63,814 nucleotides of DNA, filler included, from Rhabdomonas costata (GCA_019059605.1; 57 parts of 57 records of this genome joined end to end with filler, not necessarily neighbours in it), one strand, 5' to 3'. Shown: positions 1 through 13,288, numbered from the whole stretch's first letter. Program-made: numbers and translations. The notes: a model not told the origin generated them from the sequence alone.

Positions 1-7
1 GGTGGTT

Positions 8-138
8 GGGGCACGTGCATCGCCTCCTAACCCTCTGCAAAAGCTTCTATTGGAATCGCATGGGGCACGTGCATCGCCTCCTAACCCTCTGCAAAAGCTT
101 CTATTAGAATCGCATGGGGCACGTGCATCGCCTCCTAC
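8..138. repeat. Tandem repeat, 54-bp unit x about 2.4
   Basis: GGGGCACGTGCATCGCCTCCTAACCCTCTGCAAAAGCTTCTATTRGAATCGCAT starts at 8, 62 and (partial) 116. Confidence 0.95.
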
Positions 139-414
139 CTCCGAATGTATAATGTGTATAATGGGGTACTATAGCCATTACGGTATACTATAATATCATT
201 ATATGAGGCGTATAATGGCATTATACGCTATAATATCATTATGGTATAATGAAATTATAGTATAATGGCCATTATACAGGCACCTATATATATAAGTATC
301 ATTTCCCCACAGCTAGCTCTCAAACCGCCAAGCACCGTTTTGAATAGGTGTGCATTACAAACCGCCCAGAAAAATACGAGAGTCAAAAAAATCGAGAAAA
401 AAAAAGTGGCTTAC

Positions 415-570
415 CAGCAGAGCAGTTTGGCGGAGCTTGAACCACAGTCTGGGAAGCCATGACCATCCAGAAGGTGGGGTCCATGTTGGGCAGGACCTGG
501 GAGTCGGGGTTGGGTTTGTAGCACAGGAAGAAGGTACCCAACTCCATCAGCTGGAAGGTCGCGGAGAACA
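415..570 (-). CDS. Internal exon of unknown protein (FSATFQLMELGTFFLCYKPNPDSQ...)
   Basis: Polypyrimidine/CAG acceptor, GTAAG donor, GC3-rich codons. Confidence 0.45.
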
Positions 571-1021
571 CTGAGCAAAACGCGAATGGAGAAAAGAAAT
601 CGGCAAAACGGCACCCAATTGCAAAATAACCGCAGCACGCTATCCGGGAAGCAACTGTGCAGCTGGCGCGTATGCCGTTGGGTGGCAGGTTCACACTCGC
701 CCTTACTCAGATTATCTTGGAACAACCTTTTCTGCTTCGTTGAATGGCTTTACTGTGCCAAGGTTGCCATGTTGCGTACATTGGTGGCAGTGCATTGTCT
801 GCGGGCAATGGCCATTGTCATAACCCAAAACCACGGGGGATATTTGACTGTAAAAGATTGCCCATCACAGTGTACTACTGCTTTTTCTGCTTCTACCTCC
901 TACCATATTTTTGACAATTCCAGGTGCACCCCCCCCCTTCCAACGTAAAAAGCTTGGCATAACGTGGAGCTGTCAAAATGGAGCATTGACAAATCACAGG
1001 TATCTTCAGTTCACACCCACC

Positions 1022-1121
1022 NNNNNNNNNNNNNNNNNNNNNNNNNNNNNNNNNNNNNNNNNNNNTTAATTAATTAANNNNNNNNNNNNNNNNNNNNNNN
1101 NNNNNNNNNNNNNNNNNNNNN
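1022..1121. other. Artificial contig linker (44 N + TTAATTAATTAA + 44 N); first of 56 copies spaced about 1120-1122 bp apart
   Basis: Identical 100-nt spacer recurs throughout (core at 1066, 2187, 3309 ... 62738); the 12-mer gives stop codons in all six frames; contig lengths of about 1022 then about 1021 suggest sorting by length. Confidence 0.99.
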
Positions 1122-4100
1122 GTGGGGGTGGGAGCGGGTTGGTTTCACAGGGATACGGTGTGTCATGTATAAGAAACAAGCCTAACCCTAAGCGTGTTGA
1201 GCAGTAGCCTGAAACGGATGCCCTTCAAGCCGGTGCAAACAGCCCACGCAGACGTTCAGACACGCGGGCGCACACAGGCACATACCCCAAAATGCAGGCG
1301 GCGACAATCCCCGCGGTGACTTGAGACCCAGAGTACACCTTCTGGGTCCACGAGTCCGAGTTCGTGGCCACCACCAAAACCCAATTCAGGTCCTTCACAT
1401 GCCACAAATAAAACGCTTGTCAAAGAAGACCACTCAAACAGTGGAAAAGCAAGGCTCGCTTTGTGGTGATGCTAACTCTTTCAATGTCCAAAAAACGACA
1501 TATAGCACCAGTCGAAAACCCTGCACCCCGAAAAAGCGGACCGGTAGCAGAGCTATCACATTCACATTAGAATGATAAATGGAGAAGAGCCATCTCAGAG
1601 GACAATTGGATCTCTGCAAGCGCGCTAAACGTTTTGAGACTTTTGCAGAATGATTGGGAAAGGCGTTCTTTCAGGGGCGGTTACAATTCCACGGCTTTGC
1701 CGGAGCAGATGTATGGGCCAGGGGCTAATGCAATTTTAATTATCTTTTGGTGCGGCTGGCGAAGCCATTTCCGAGCACAGGCGGTAGACTGCAAAACTGT
1801 GTGACCTTGAAACTTTCCTCGGAATTCCCAACACTGCTTTTCAGGTGACAGTTCCGAGAGCCAATGAGCACACAAAAAGCCCCTGATTTGCAACCACGGC
1901 TTTGTGTGCTCGAAGATCGATACAGCCACCAGCCACCGTCCTATGCCTTTTTATCCTGGTTTCCAGTAGTTTCCGCCCTGGAAGTTCAGATTTCAGCTAC
2001 ATCCCTCTCTACATCCCTCTCAACCGGTCAAGTGCCAACATTTCATGGTTTGTTTGCCCATATTTAGTATTCGGCCAAGAGATTTCTCAAATATTGATCG
2101 GGTAGTCTCAGTTTGGGGCCCAAACCACGCAACCCCAAAAAANNNNNNNNNNNNNNNNNNNNNNNNNNNNNNNNNNNNNNNNNNNNTTAATTAATTAANN
2201 NNNNNNNNNNNNNNNNNNNNNNNNNNNNNNNNNNNNNNNNNNGTGTGGGTGTGTTTGGGTTTTGGGTGAGGGGAGGGGGCTCGATTCATGCTTGGGGGTA
2301 ACGCTCGTGGTTTACATGTTCTTTCCTCTCAGCGGTGGCAAAGAAAAGCACACTGTCACAGCTGTGGGGCATCTCTTGAAGCCGACGTTGCTTGGCAATG
2401 TTTCCCTCGGCTCACCCTGCTGTCACTTTTTTGTGCAAGTATGTTCCAGGAATGTAGTGAACACCGGCGATGCCCTTCATCGTTATTGATGGGTTTGGGT
2501 TTGCGCCTTGACCCACCCAGTGCGCGGGGAGAGTAGGCGGTCCTATGGCACTCCCTGTCGCTACCTGATGTTGTCCCATGTCGCTGCATGTTTCCCCTTT
2601 CTTTTTTTCTGGGAGCGAGATGGAAATCTCCCTCTTGCGTGCTTTCCACCGCGCTCTGTGCTGTTGCATGACTGCTTGTCGTACTCCTTTTGGTGTCTTG
2701 GCTTTGCGCTCTTTTTGGAGGGTAAGGGCAAGATTCCAGAGAAGCTGCTTTATCCAGTCTTGTGGAGTTCCTCCACAACGCATCAAGCCCCGATGTTGAA
2801 CTGGTCTTCCATGGCACGCCTGATGCTAATCGTCCCTCTGTCGTTTGTGAGAACAACCTTTGTGCCAAGTTTGATGTCGAGATGCGACGCAAACACGAAT
2901 CTTGAGTATCATCGAAAAGCAGTTTTGAGGAGATTTTGTTATCCTGAACTTATAAAATCGCTTGACTGGTCCACCAGTCATCATTTTTGGCCGAAGGGGG
3001 ACGAACAAGCGAGTAACTTTGCCCAATCAAAGTCGAAAAAAGCAGCGCTTCTGCAACCTAAATGCCCAGAACCCTGTTCTGAACCCCTCATAAACTCTTA
3101 CATCGGCGCTGCTGGGCATTCATGGGTTGGGATCTGAAACCTCCTTGAGTATACAATCCAATCCCCCTGCAAATCTGCAAAAAGCCCGGAAAGAAACAAC
3201 ATTTATTTTTATGTGACACTCCCGTGAGCGTTTCGCGCGGCAAAAAGTACACACCCACCAAACCNNNNNNNNNNNNNNNNNNNNNNNNNNNNNNNNNNNN
3301 NNNNNNNNTTAATTAATTAANNNNNNNNNNNNNNNNNNNNNNNNNNNNNNNNNNNNNNNNNNNNGTGTTGGGTGTGGGTGGGTGGGTTTGTGTCTTTTTG
3401 TGCCTGAGTGTGCCTGCTGCAAGAAAGATCCTTTGCAGGTCCCTCTGTGCTCGGTATTGTACAATAGCCCTGTCCTTTGATTGGACGTAGTACATCAGAT
3501 GGCTCCCTCCCCTATCCTCCCGCTCCCCCACGGCACGAGCACCATGGCCATTTTTTCCAAAAAAAAAAATGCGGGGGGTGTAGGCAAAACATCCTTGAAG
3601 GCTTTCTAGAATCGCCGGCTGAGTATATGTCTCACCAGTGCAGCTCGCAGTGGGTTAGGAGGGATGCGACACGTCCCCCGTTTGAACCTTTTTGGGGAAG
3701 GTGCCTTGGCTTTAAAACTTAAAAGGCTTTAAAATTAAAAGGAGTAGGAGCCTTTTTCATATTTGGTCGAACGATGGGCGGCCCGATGTTAGAGCTCGGC
3801 CTGCTAAAAGAAACGCGGGTGCCTGTTTTGTGCGGGTAACCCAATGTTTTGGGTTGAAGGGTTCTCTTTCATTGGAATCCTCTGTGGTCACGGCTACCAA
3901 ACGCCAGTCCCCGTTTATTGAACGGGAATTTCCAGGCTGCACAGCATTCGCTATGCACTTGTACATTGGAGTGGATGGGGGCATACCCTGTACTGCGGCC
4001 AGCTATTCTGTCATCCTTGGGCTGACCCCGCCCCCTCCCTCTGTCGTGTGGGTCTGCCAGCCCAGTGCTCTTCTTTCAATTTCGTCTGTTTGTGTGCCGC

Positions 4101-6309
4101 GCTCTCTGTTCATTCTGTGCATATGAGAGGCGAAAGCCAGCGTGCCTAAGGGGTGGTGCGCAAATGTATCGTGAACCCATGAAACTCGTCCTCAGCCTTT
4201 CCAGCAGCCCCCGGGTGCTTTGGGCCCTGCTCGGGCTGCTTTTCACCATCTCTACCGATTCTCTCCCGATTCTCTCTTGTTTCTGTGAAATGCCGGAAGA
4301 TACATTGCCCACCTCTCCTCTTTGTTGTGGAACTGTGAAGTTGGACCTCTGTGGGTCAACCGGCTCCCTCCTCGCCCCCCACCACCNNNNNNNNNNNNNN
4401 NNNNNNNNNNNNNNNNNNNNNNNNNNNNNNTTAATTAATTAANNNNNNNNNNNNNNNNNNNNNNNNNNNNNNNNNNNNNNNNNNNNGGGGAGTCGTTGCT
4501 GAGGAGAGGGGTGGGAGTGAGGTGTGTTGACGGGCAAGGCACGCTTCCTCACGGAATGGCCACCTCCAGTTCCGGTGTGTCACCTTTTTTTTCTCGTGTG
4601 GTTTGTGGAGAATCGGACGGCACAACTCTGGGCAGGACCTCAAACGGCACCAGTAGGTTAATACCTATTCATCAGCGATGGATTCTCAAAGACCAAGAAA
4701 AGGGCGTCGAAAAAGCTAACCGATCTTTAGTGGCGGTACAGTCACATTGCCGGAGACCCTCTCTGGTTTATTTGTTTAGCACGTGAGCGAGTACACCGCG
4801 GTGGGTTCGCGTATGGATTCGCCTCCGGGCTCCTCGCAAACACCGACGCATTGTGGCCCAAAGCTGCTTCATTATGTTTTTGTGTTCGCCTTAAGCAAAA
4901 GCGTGTGTGTGTGTGTGTGTGCAGGCGCCTGCTTCCAAAGGGACTGCCCGCCATGCCTGCTTATAGTTTCTGCTCGTTCTACCGCTTCTTGGACCTCCTT
5001 TTCACTTTGCAACAAGCATGTTGACGCATTTCTTTATAAAAAGTTTGTCGTCATGATTTTGTCGTGAAACATGTCCCAAAAAAAGCGTCTTAAGAAAAGC
5101 TTCCACCAAACAACAGGAATGAACTTTTCACTGTCCAACATTAATGCTTTGCTATGTTGTATTTTTACTGAACACTTCATATCTCTTTTAGACCTCACCC
5201 TCCTGCCTCTGGCTTCCATTCCCTTTTGTTCCGAAGGTTTTTCCTATAAGAAAGCAGCCTCCGTTCCCAGCAAGCGTTCAATACTCTCCGATGTCCGTAT
5301 AATGCCTGTATCCCGCCGTCTCATTTTTGTTTGTCGATGTTTTTAGACGCCTTCTCTATTTCTTTGATGCTTTTTGTAAACATAGGCCTCGCGGAAGCCC
5401 CCTCCCCGCTTCCAGCGCAGCTGGGGTGCCGGTTCCAGCCCTCTGCGAGCGGGCCTGGCGGGGGCGGGGGCGCCGCCGCCTCCGAGGCCTATGTTTACAA
5501 AAACCAATNNNNNNNNNNNNNNNNNNNNNNNNNNNNNNNNNNNNNNNNNNNNTTAATTAATTAANNNNNNNNNNNNNNNNNNNNNNNNNNNNNNNNNNNN
5601 NNNNNNNNGTGTTGGGTGTGGTTGGGTGGTGTGGCATCTCCTGGTAACCCTTCATCGCCCATCAAGGGGCGAAGTCACCGGAGACCTCTAACACACCAGA
5701 AATGCCTAGGAAAAGTACCGCATTATCAAGTTCCTAATCTCGTGACTCAGCGTTTCGCGTCGCTAAACCGTCGAACATCGCCCCACCCCCCATGCATCGG
5801 CCGCCTTTCCGCTCTTGCTTTTCTCTGTCTCGGGGACCTCTTCTTCTCGCGGTGCTCTCTGGAGTGCAGCTGGTTCCACTGCTATGCTAAATTCGTTTAA
5901 AGATGCAGCCCGTAAAAAAAACACCCGTAATTGCTCAATTGCCGAACGCATCTGTATCGTTGTGGATGCGTGAGGCATGGCTGCTGGCAGGTTCGGCGTC
6001 GCAGGGAGGATACTCTCGGACAGGAAAGGCCCATTTCAATTCACAATTTCACCGTTGACTGTGCTTCACACACTGGTCTGGTTTTACTTTTCTTCGCCAT
6101 AACATGCTTTCCACGCAACGGCCACATAATGAGGAAAATATTTCGGTTTGTTTTTCCCAACCTTTTCTTTTTTAATGACCGGCAACCAGGTCATTAGAAG
6201 GTTTGATCATAAGGACGTGCTTTTGGTCCTGCTACCTTTTTGTGATTCCTGCTCTGTCTTGTGGCGGCGAAACCAGTGACATTGTTCTGGGGTGTGGGGT
6301 GGGATACAG

Positions 6310-6454
6310 TGGCTGGTGGACCATGTGATCAACACCGACACCAAGCTGGCGGCGTACTGCAAGGCCAACCGAGTCGACAAGGTTCGAGACGTCTCCGACC
6401 TGGTGGTCATTCTGGAGAGGAGAAACTCCTGCTTCGTGCTGAGCCTCCCCAGCG
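6310..6454 (+). CDS. Exon with hemerythrin-like C-terminal helix
   Basis: WLVDHVINTDTKLAAY matches the hemerythrin WLxxHIxxxD iron-ligand motif; ACAG acceptor, GTGCAC donor. Confidence 0.55.
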
Positions 6455-7239
6455 GTGCACGAGCACCCCCTCCCCCCATCACCACTTCCTTGAACTGGCT
6501 TTTGCTTTTCTCCTATTCGTGAGAAGAAAAAAATCAAGCAACAGAAGGATTGTCAAATGTCTTATCTGCGCACAGGAGCATGTTGCTATTGTGCGCTGGC
6601 TCCGATTTCAATGTTTCTCACCCAACCACCNNNNNNNNNNNNNNNNNNNNNNNNNNNNNNNNNNNNNNNNNNNNTTAATTAATTAANNNNNNNNNNNNNN
6701 NNNNNNNNNNNNNNNNNNNNNNNNNNNNNNAACGGGAAGAAAAGGTGGCAGGAAAGTGTGGGTGAGCAACTCTGGCCTGAACTTCGGCAGAGTTCGTGTG
6801 GTGTTCCACCACCACTTCCAACCAACGTGTTCCGGTTTACACGACACGAGATGCTTGCAAAAAAAAATTCCGCTGTAACTTCACACACACAAACACGTCA
6901 TGAGAGCGCGACAACTAAGTAGCTCGGGAACTTTCTCATTTGCAAAAGGCCTCCCAAAACGGGGCCGGTCTTTTCAACTTCAGCCGGTGTCTTGCAACCC
7001 ATGTCCCAGCTGTTGTTTTAATATCTTTTGAGTTTGTGTCCCCACCAGCGAAGAGTTTAATGACGGCACCTACAACGTAACCACGCTAACCTAGATGCAC
7101 AGTTGTGCGAGGGCAATTCATCTTCCCCCAGAGACTTGCACGTGATCCGACCGCCACAACGGAAAGCCAGCGCTATGCAAGCATGCAAAAGCGGAAGCGA
7201 AGCAGACGAAGGGATTCGGCATGGGGTGGGCATCCACAC

Positions 7240-7389
7240 GTCAGCAGCTGGATCTCGTCCAGGCCTTGATCCAAGAAGTCTTTGTTGTTCCGGATGATCT
7301 TTAGGCACACCATCTGCCCGGTCTGTAGGTCCAAGCACTGCACGGCCCGCGAGAACGCAGCGGAGCCCAGATACTCCACAATTTGATAC
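7240..7389 (-). CDS. DYRK-family (plant/protist DYRKP-like) protein kinase exon, subdomains I-III
   Basis: (R)YQIVEYLGSAAFSRAVQCLDLQTGQMVCLKIIRNNKDFLDQGLDEIQLL; the LGSAAFS glycine loop and NNKDF.DQ.LDEI are typical of this subfamily; 150-nt GT-AG exon. Confidence 0.85.
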
Positions 7390-7949
7390 CTGAGAAGAAA
7401 GCGATCCTATCCTAATCCTATCCTCTCCACCCACACCAGCCCACACCAACTCTGCGCAATCATCGCTCTGCGGAGAATTGCCGCGCATCACCGCCTTCCC
7501 AGAACCTTCCAAAGAGGAACACATCTCTGAAGTCAGCGACAGATCCTCAACCCCGTGTTCAATTGTCCTTTTTTGAGATGCGCCGGCACCTGACTGAGAA
7601 AAAACCAGGTCATGGAAAAACACAATTTCAAAGTTGCCCCTGATTTAGGGGATTTTTATTGACGTTTTCTCGTTTTTTATGCTACACTTGGGGTGACTCT
7701 GGCCCCGTAACAAGCATGGGGACGCCAAGCAAAATTTATTTCACCCCCAACCNNNNNNNNNNNNNNNNNNNNNNNNNNNNNNNNNNNNNNNNNNNNTTAA
7801 TTAATTAANNNNNNNNNNNNNNNNNNNNNNNNNNNNNNNNNNNNNNNNNNNNGGGGGTTGGGGAGAAGACATGATTGCTGATGTCGATGTCACAAGGTGG
7901 AGATATTTCACGCTTATGCTTGTTCATTTTCGCTTTGCCTCTTTGCCAG

Positions 7950-8656
7950 GTCAACGGGCACCTTCTGGCTTTCTTATGGGCATCGGCTCAGCCCGGCGGA
8001 GCGATGAGCAAGCTGCGAGGAAACCACGATGTGCTACGGCTGATCTGGAGCCTCGTTTGCGAAGAGTGGTGGGGGCTTCATATTCACCGCTTTATCCCGA
8101 AACTGTTTTCTTACCAGGGGACGCGTATTATCCTTCCTAGGAGGCTTTCCCCGGAGGAGGTGGTTCCCTTTGACCACATCCCAGACCTCACGGACCGCGA
8201 GCGATGGACAAGAGAAGACTGGACGCCCCGGAATCCCGATGGCGTATACTCTGGGATAGCCCTTGCAGTGGTCGCCAGAAACTTGAGCTTTCCCCCTTCC
8301 CTCCTGCAAAAGAGCTTCCCAAACCAAGCGGGGTCGGTGCAGTGCATAAATATGATGCCCTTTGACCTGAGCAGGCCCAAGGAAACCCTCCCTGAGTGCT
8401 GCCACGGGTACCTGCCGATGGTTGAGAAGTGCCTGGAGGTCGTGGAGCACCGAGGGGTGGGGTACCTCACAGTGGATGAGCGGGCAGTGGATCCGGAGCA
8501 TGCTCAATGCCAACTTGGGCTTCACGTGGACTGCACACTTTCGCAGGACTGGACCCATCCCAATCGCGTGAGGGCAATTTCCCTCCCAGGGGGTGGACCC
8601 CTGAGAGTTAGCTGGATGAAGGGCGGGATCTTCGTGTGCTCCGCGGTGGATTCCAG
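7950..8656 (+). CDS. Large exon of uncharacterised protein with INMMPF / GYLTVDE / GLHVD / GGIF motifs (possible 2OG-Fe(II) oxygenase-like fold)
   Basis: 707-nt open, GC3-rich frame between TTTGCCAG acceptor and AG|GTGG donor; contains an HxD motif. Confidence 0.65.
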
Positions 8657-10150
8657 GTGGATTCCATTTATCTCGACACAAGCCACCCACACTTCAAAGC
8701 AGTCTGCGATTTGTCTTTTATCGTTTTTCCGGAGGGTTATTTCGGGCAGGCCTTTCCGGCCAGCTTTTGGATCTATTCACTCATCGCTCGTCGTTGGGTG
8801 CTGCTCTCGTCATGGGGGCAAACATAGAGAATATACAACTAGCATAAGGTTCACCACCTTCTTAACAACCACAANNNNNNNNNNNNNNNNNNNNNNNNNN
8901 NNNNNNNNNNNNNNNNNNTTAATTAATTAANNNNNNNNNNNNNNNNNNNNNNNNNNNNNNNNNNNNNNNNNNNNGTTTTTGGGTGTAGCAACTAACCGAA
9001 ATAGGTGCTGAAGGTCTCTGATTTACAGAGCTTCGCAGCCACGACAGAAACTTTCGGTCAGTTGCTACACCCGCAAAAATCAAATTTGGCCAACGTACCG
9101 TGCAGAAAAGACAAGAGGCAATGCCCAGGAGATTGCATGCCAACTCATTGAGAAGTTCTACCACCAAGCAGCTCCATGTATCGGAGGTCTATATCACACC
9201 TCCCTTCGAACGTAGGAATGTTTGTCTACCCTAGCCAGTAACAGTTCAGTGAGTCGATATCCGTCAAGGATAGAAAGGCAAACTTCTTTTCCTCCACGGA
9301 AGGCAGAGAAGCATGATGACAGTACATGGGCCGGGGGAGGGGGGGGGACAACATGGTAGCCACGCACAAAGTATGAACCATCAGTGGTGCGAGCACACAT
9401 TTCAGCACCAGCCAACGGAGACGGAGGCGAATGGAAAGGAGAGGAGAGAAGGTCCGGAAAAGAGATAACAAGTACAAGCGGAGGGTGCGCCCACCAAGAG
9501 AGACCGCACGCCCGAAAGCTCAGAAAGAAGGGAGGGAGGGAGGGAAAGAGGGACGTCCCGAGCACACGTGTGACCGTGATTTTCGTGAGTTCCTTGGGAC
9601 CAGACCATTCCGAAGGGGTGTATGTGGTGTGAATGTGGGTTCGTGTGGTGGGTTTGTGTGGGTGTGCCTGCTGAGCTTACGACACGACCCGTCATCGTTG
9701 TGGAGTTGATGTTTGTGTGAATGTGCGGCAGGCCAACACCGAACTTCTACCAAGAAGGTCGTCATTCGGGCGGGCACAGCTCGAGAGAAGAGTGTGAGAG
9801 AGGGAAGAACAGGAAAAGAGGCCAGCTGGGCATTCGGAAACAGACTCTGCGCTTCGACAGCACTGAAGGGAAGCAGAAGGGCAGAAATCTGTGCGTTGAC
9901 GACGGAGAAGAAGAAGCAGAATGAGCGCTGACGACAGCAGAACACAACAAAGCAAAGAATGGAACGAACACAAAACCCCCCACACACACCCAACACNNNN
10001 NNNNNNNNNNNNNNNNNNNNNNNNNNNNNNNNNNNNNNNNTTAATTAATTAANNNNNNNNNNNNNNNNNNNNNNNNNNNNNNNNNNNNNNNNNNNNGGGT
10101 GGTTGGTTTGCCCCACTCCAGTTGGGCACCCTCGCATAACGTCTGCCCAG

Positions 10151-10985
10151 GTTGGCCTCTGTGTGGCTCACAGCCCGAGTGTTCTTGCAAGTGGGGCAAA
10201 TCGCGTGGAACTTCTGCCAGGACTCCCTGCTCCTGCCGCTGCGGCTGGAGCACAAGCCCTACGCCATCGCTGCGGCTGCACTATTTCTGGGTATTGCTTT
10301 TATAATCCCTCAAATGATATGTGTGCAGTTGGCTTCGTTGCCCGATTGCTGGCCAAAATATTTAATGCCTGGTGATGTAGATAAGTATATCAGTCAATAA
10401 ACATCTGGATGAAGTAGTGGGGGCTCTCCTCCCGTGGCGTCTGCGTTCTGGAAGATTCTGGGGGCTTTCTGGAACTCTCTTTCCTGTACTTTCGTCTTTC
10501 GCAAAGCCTCGGAAGTTCTATCGCAGACCTTCCCTTTGGGCATCTTCAACGAGGTTGCTCGATGGTGTGTCCTCGGGAATGGGAGTAGTGTGGGGCTATG
10601 GTTTGCCGTGCGCAACCGAATTTGCGTGATAACCTGAGTGATGCCCTACTCAGGACTGCCAGCAGACATTTCCAGCCGATAAATACAAGCTGAGGAAAGC
10701 CAAAAAAACTACTTTGGAGTTGTTTCGGCTTCAGCCCCGAGAAAGCACAGGGCAAGCCCCCTTCCTTTGCTTGTATACACCGGTCCGTGGTAATTTATAA
10801 GAATGCTGGAGATTTGATTTCTACTCCCCGAACAGGCTTTGTCTCTCCGAGCACCCTTCATTATTTTTCTTTTCAGTGTCACCGCTGAGGAGGAGCGGGT
10901 GTTTACTGCGGTGACTGCGGAAGAGGTCGCACTTATCGCAGAGCTGATCCTTAAGTTATACCGCTGGCTCCTCGTGACCAGCTGA
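10151..10985 (+). CDS. Transcription cyclin (T/K/L-type), C-terminal exons (about 10151-10290 and 10877-10985 stop)
   Basis: QIAWNFCQDSLLLPLRLEHKPYAIAAAALFL matches second cyclin box AWNFxNDS...PxxIAxAA; last exon VTAEEVALIAELILKLY; 5' acceptor position uncertain. Confidence 0.7.
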
Positions 10986-12340
10986 AAGGATTCCCAGGCC
11001 CGCATCCATACAGCAAAGCCAAATGGCTGGATTGCTGCCCACGACGGGTAACCTACAGTTGCAACAGCGCTGAGCGGCATCTGGCACCAATGGGGCTATG
11101 CCAAGGTTTCGCACGCTCNNNNNNNNNNNNNNNNNNNNNNNNNNNNNNNNNNNNNNNNNNNNTTAATTAATTAANNNNNNNNNNNNNNNNNNNNNNNNNN
11201 NNNNNNNNNNNNNNNNNNGTGTTGTGGGATTAGTTGGCGTCAAAAGGGTGGAAGAAAAGCAAATACAGAATAATAATAATAAGCCCGGCTCCTGGCGTTG
11301 CTGCCGGTTCACCGGCTGTTCTATGGCGGGGAAAAAAGGCCGATGGCAAAAAGAAGCAAGCCAACAAAAGAAAACGAGAAACCCAATCACACGACCGAGC
11401 GCGACACAAGAAGCAACGCACAATGAACTGAAAATCTAAATCAAAGTTGGCACATAGAAAGGATTCAAATTGAAAACAGAAGCCGGGTGTAGAACAAAAC
11501 TAGGCAAATCAAAAAGACGAGGAACGCAGGCATGCGCAGAAAAAAGTGCGATCGGTAAATTCTGTTGTCAGTTTCCGGGTTTCTGTTTTCTTGCAGTGTT
11601 CTTTTCTTCAAATTCGGCCTCACCATTGCTGTCGATCAGCCCAAGGCGGGTTCGACGGATTAGGACCTTGGCCGGTAAACGGCATACCGCCTTGAAGGAT
11701 TTGGGGGAAGGTAGGGATTGGACCCTATTTGAAGATTGGACCGTGCAGCAATCCGCATCCCTCATTCTTAATTTCCGAACTTCCGGACGAATCAGCCATC
11801 TCGGTAGCAGGGTGCCGGGGCGGTTTGTGACACAAGCAAATGGGCGGTTCGAGCGCTGCAAAAAAGGCAAACCACCCCTCTTCCGCATTCTCTGCGCAGA
11901 TCGTCCCTTCGTTGCCATCAACGCCGCCGTCTTCGAGCGAGCCGTTTTCGTGGGGTTCAGTGTCAAGGCCTTGCCCCGAGAACCGCGCCGCCGCACGTCT
12001 TTCAGCGCACCTCATTGGACATAAGTTCTACGCTCCACTTTTTGCAGTGGCTGTCTTGGTGCCCATTTTGGTCCCACCAATTCAAGCAAACCACTGCTCC
12101 GGTTTCGATGCTCCTTTGCATCGAGAAAAATGCCTTAGAACCAGCAGATTCGCACAGTTGACCCAAAAACATATCATGAGTACGCCCAAAGTCATGGAGG
12201 ACATGGGCATGAACGGCGTTGATGGTTTGACTTGAACCGANNNNNNNNNNNNNNNNNNNNNNNNNNNNNNNNNNNNNNNNNNNNTTAATTAATTAANNNN
12301 NNNNNNNNNNNNNNNNNNNNNNNNNNNNNNNNNNNNNNNN

Positions 12341-12443
12341 ATATCATATCATATCATATCATATCATATCATATCATATCATATCATATCATATCATATC
12401 ATATCATATCATATCATATCATATCATATCATATCATATCATA
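12341..12443. repeat. (ATATC)n pentanucleotide microsatellite, about 20 copies
   Basis: Perfect ATATC run at contig start. Confidence 0.97.
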
Positions 12444-12831
12444 ACTTATCATAACTTATCTTATCATATCGCTGAACATTCCAATCATGACTGAACATAG
12501 CACATCAATAACCCAAGGTACAATTGATGACATGCTTTGGTAACTAATATAATTCGTAAAAATTTTATAAACAGAAATAAAAACACATAAGTGAGGGCGA
12601 AGGCTAAGCCGGTCCTTGGGGTCTCGGGTACACTGAAACTCAACCGAAAAATGATAGCGCTCAATAATGAAAAGGCTGTGTCCTTTGGTATTTCTTGTGC
12701 AGTATACCTAAACAATTGAAAACCAAAGACAAGAAATAACGACTTTTGGCGGACACGGCATGTTTAAAAGAAAAGCAGGTCAAATAACGAACAGCGGAAG
12801 AAAAAATACCAGAAGTCCCACGCGTCTTTAC

Positions 12832-13288
12832 CGCTGGGCCTCTCTTTGATCACCACAGCGTTGAGCAGGCCCTTGCCCCTGAAAAAGAACCCCCCCCATC
12901 ACCCCGTGTAATGGCAGCGCTTCCTTCGGAAAAATATAAACAGAAGGTCGCAATTCTATCAGCTCCCACCTGACCAGCGTGATGATCTGCTTGCTGGTGT
13001 CAATCTTGTTCAGGTGCTCCCTCAGGATGACTCCCATCTTTTCCGAGTTCTCGGCCAGTTTCTCTTCCTGGAGGACTTGCAGCGAGGCAAGCGCGACCTA
13101 CACAGAAGCCATAACACCACAATCTTTGCTGGGAACGAGGCAGAACATAGGCCAATTGTCCAGAATGGAACGGAGCCAGGCACAAACCTTGCCCGCCAAG
13201 GGGTTCCCTCCAAAGGTGGAACCGTGCTGGCCAGGCTTAATGGTGAGCATCACGGGGTCATCAGCGACCACGGCCGACACCGGCAGCA
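12832..13288 (-). CDS. OAT: Ornithine aminotransferase (class III PLP), 3 exons: 13188-13288, 12970-13097, 12832-12878
   Basis: [33 protein letters not shown] / [22 protein letters not shown]...LVR / [10 protein letters not shown]; splices in frame across two GT-AG introns of about 90 nt. Confidence 0.92.

Noticed and set aside
1181..1191. CCTAACCCTAA telomere-like motif
   Set aside because: Fewer than two full units and internal; consistent with chance
2508..3137. 209-aa ORF; likewise 14533-15369, 56223-56885 and 57632-58258
   Set aside because: No recognisable motifs or clear codon bias; most ORFs in the track are intronic or antisense noise
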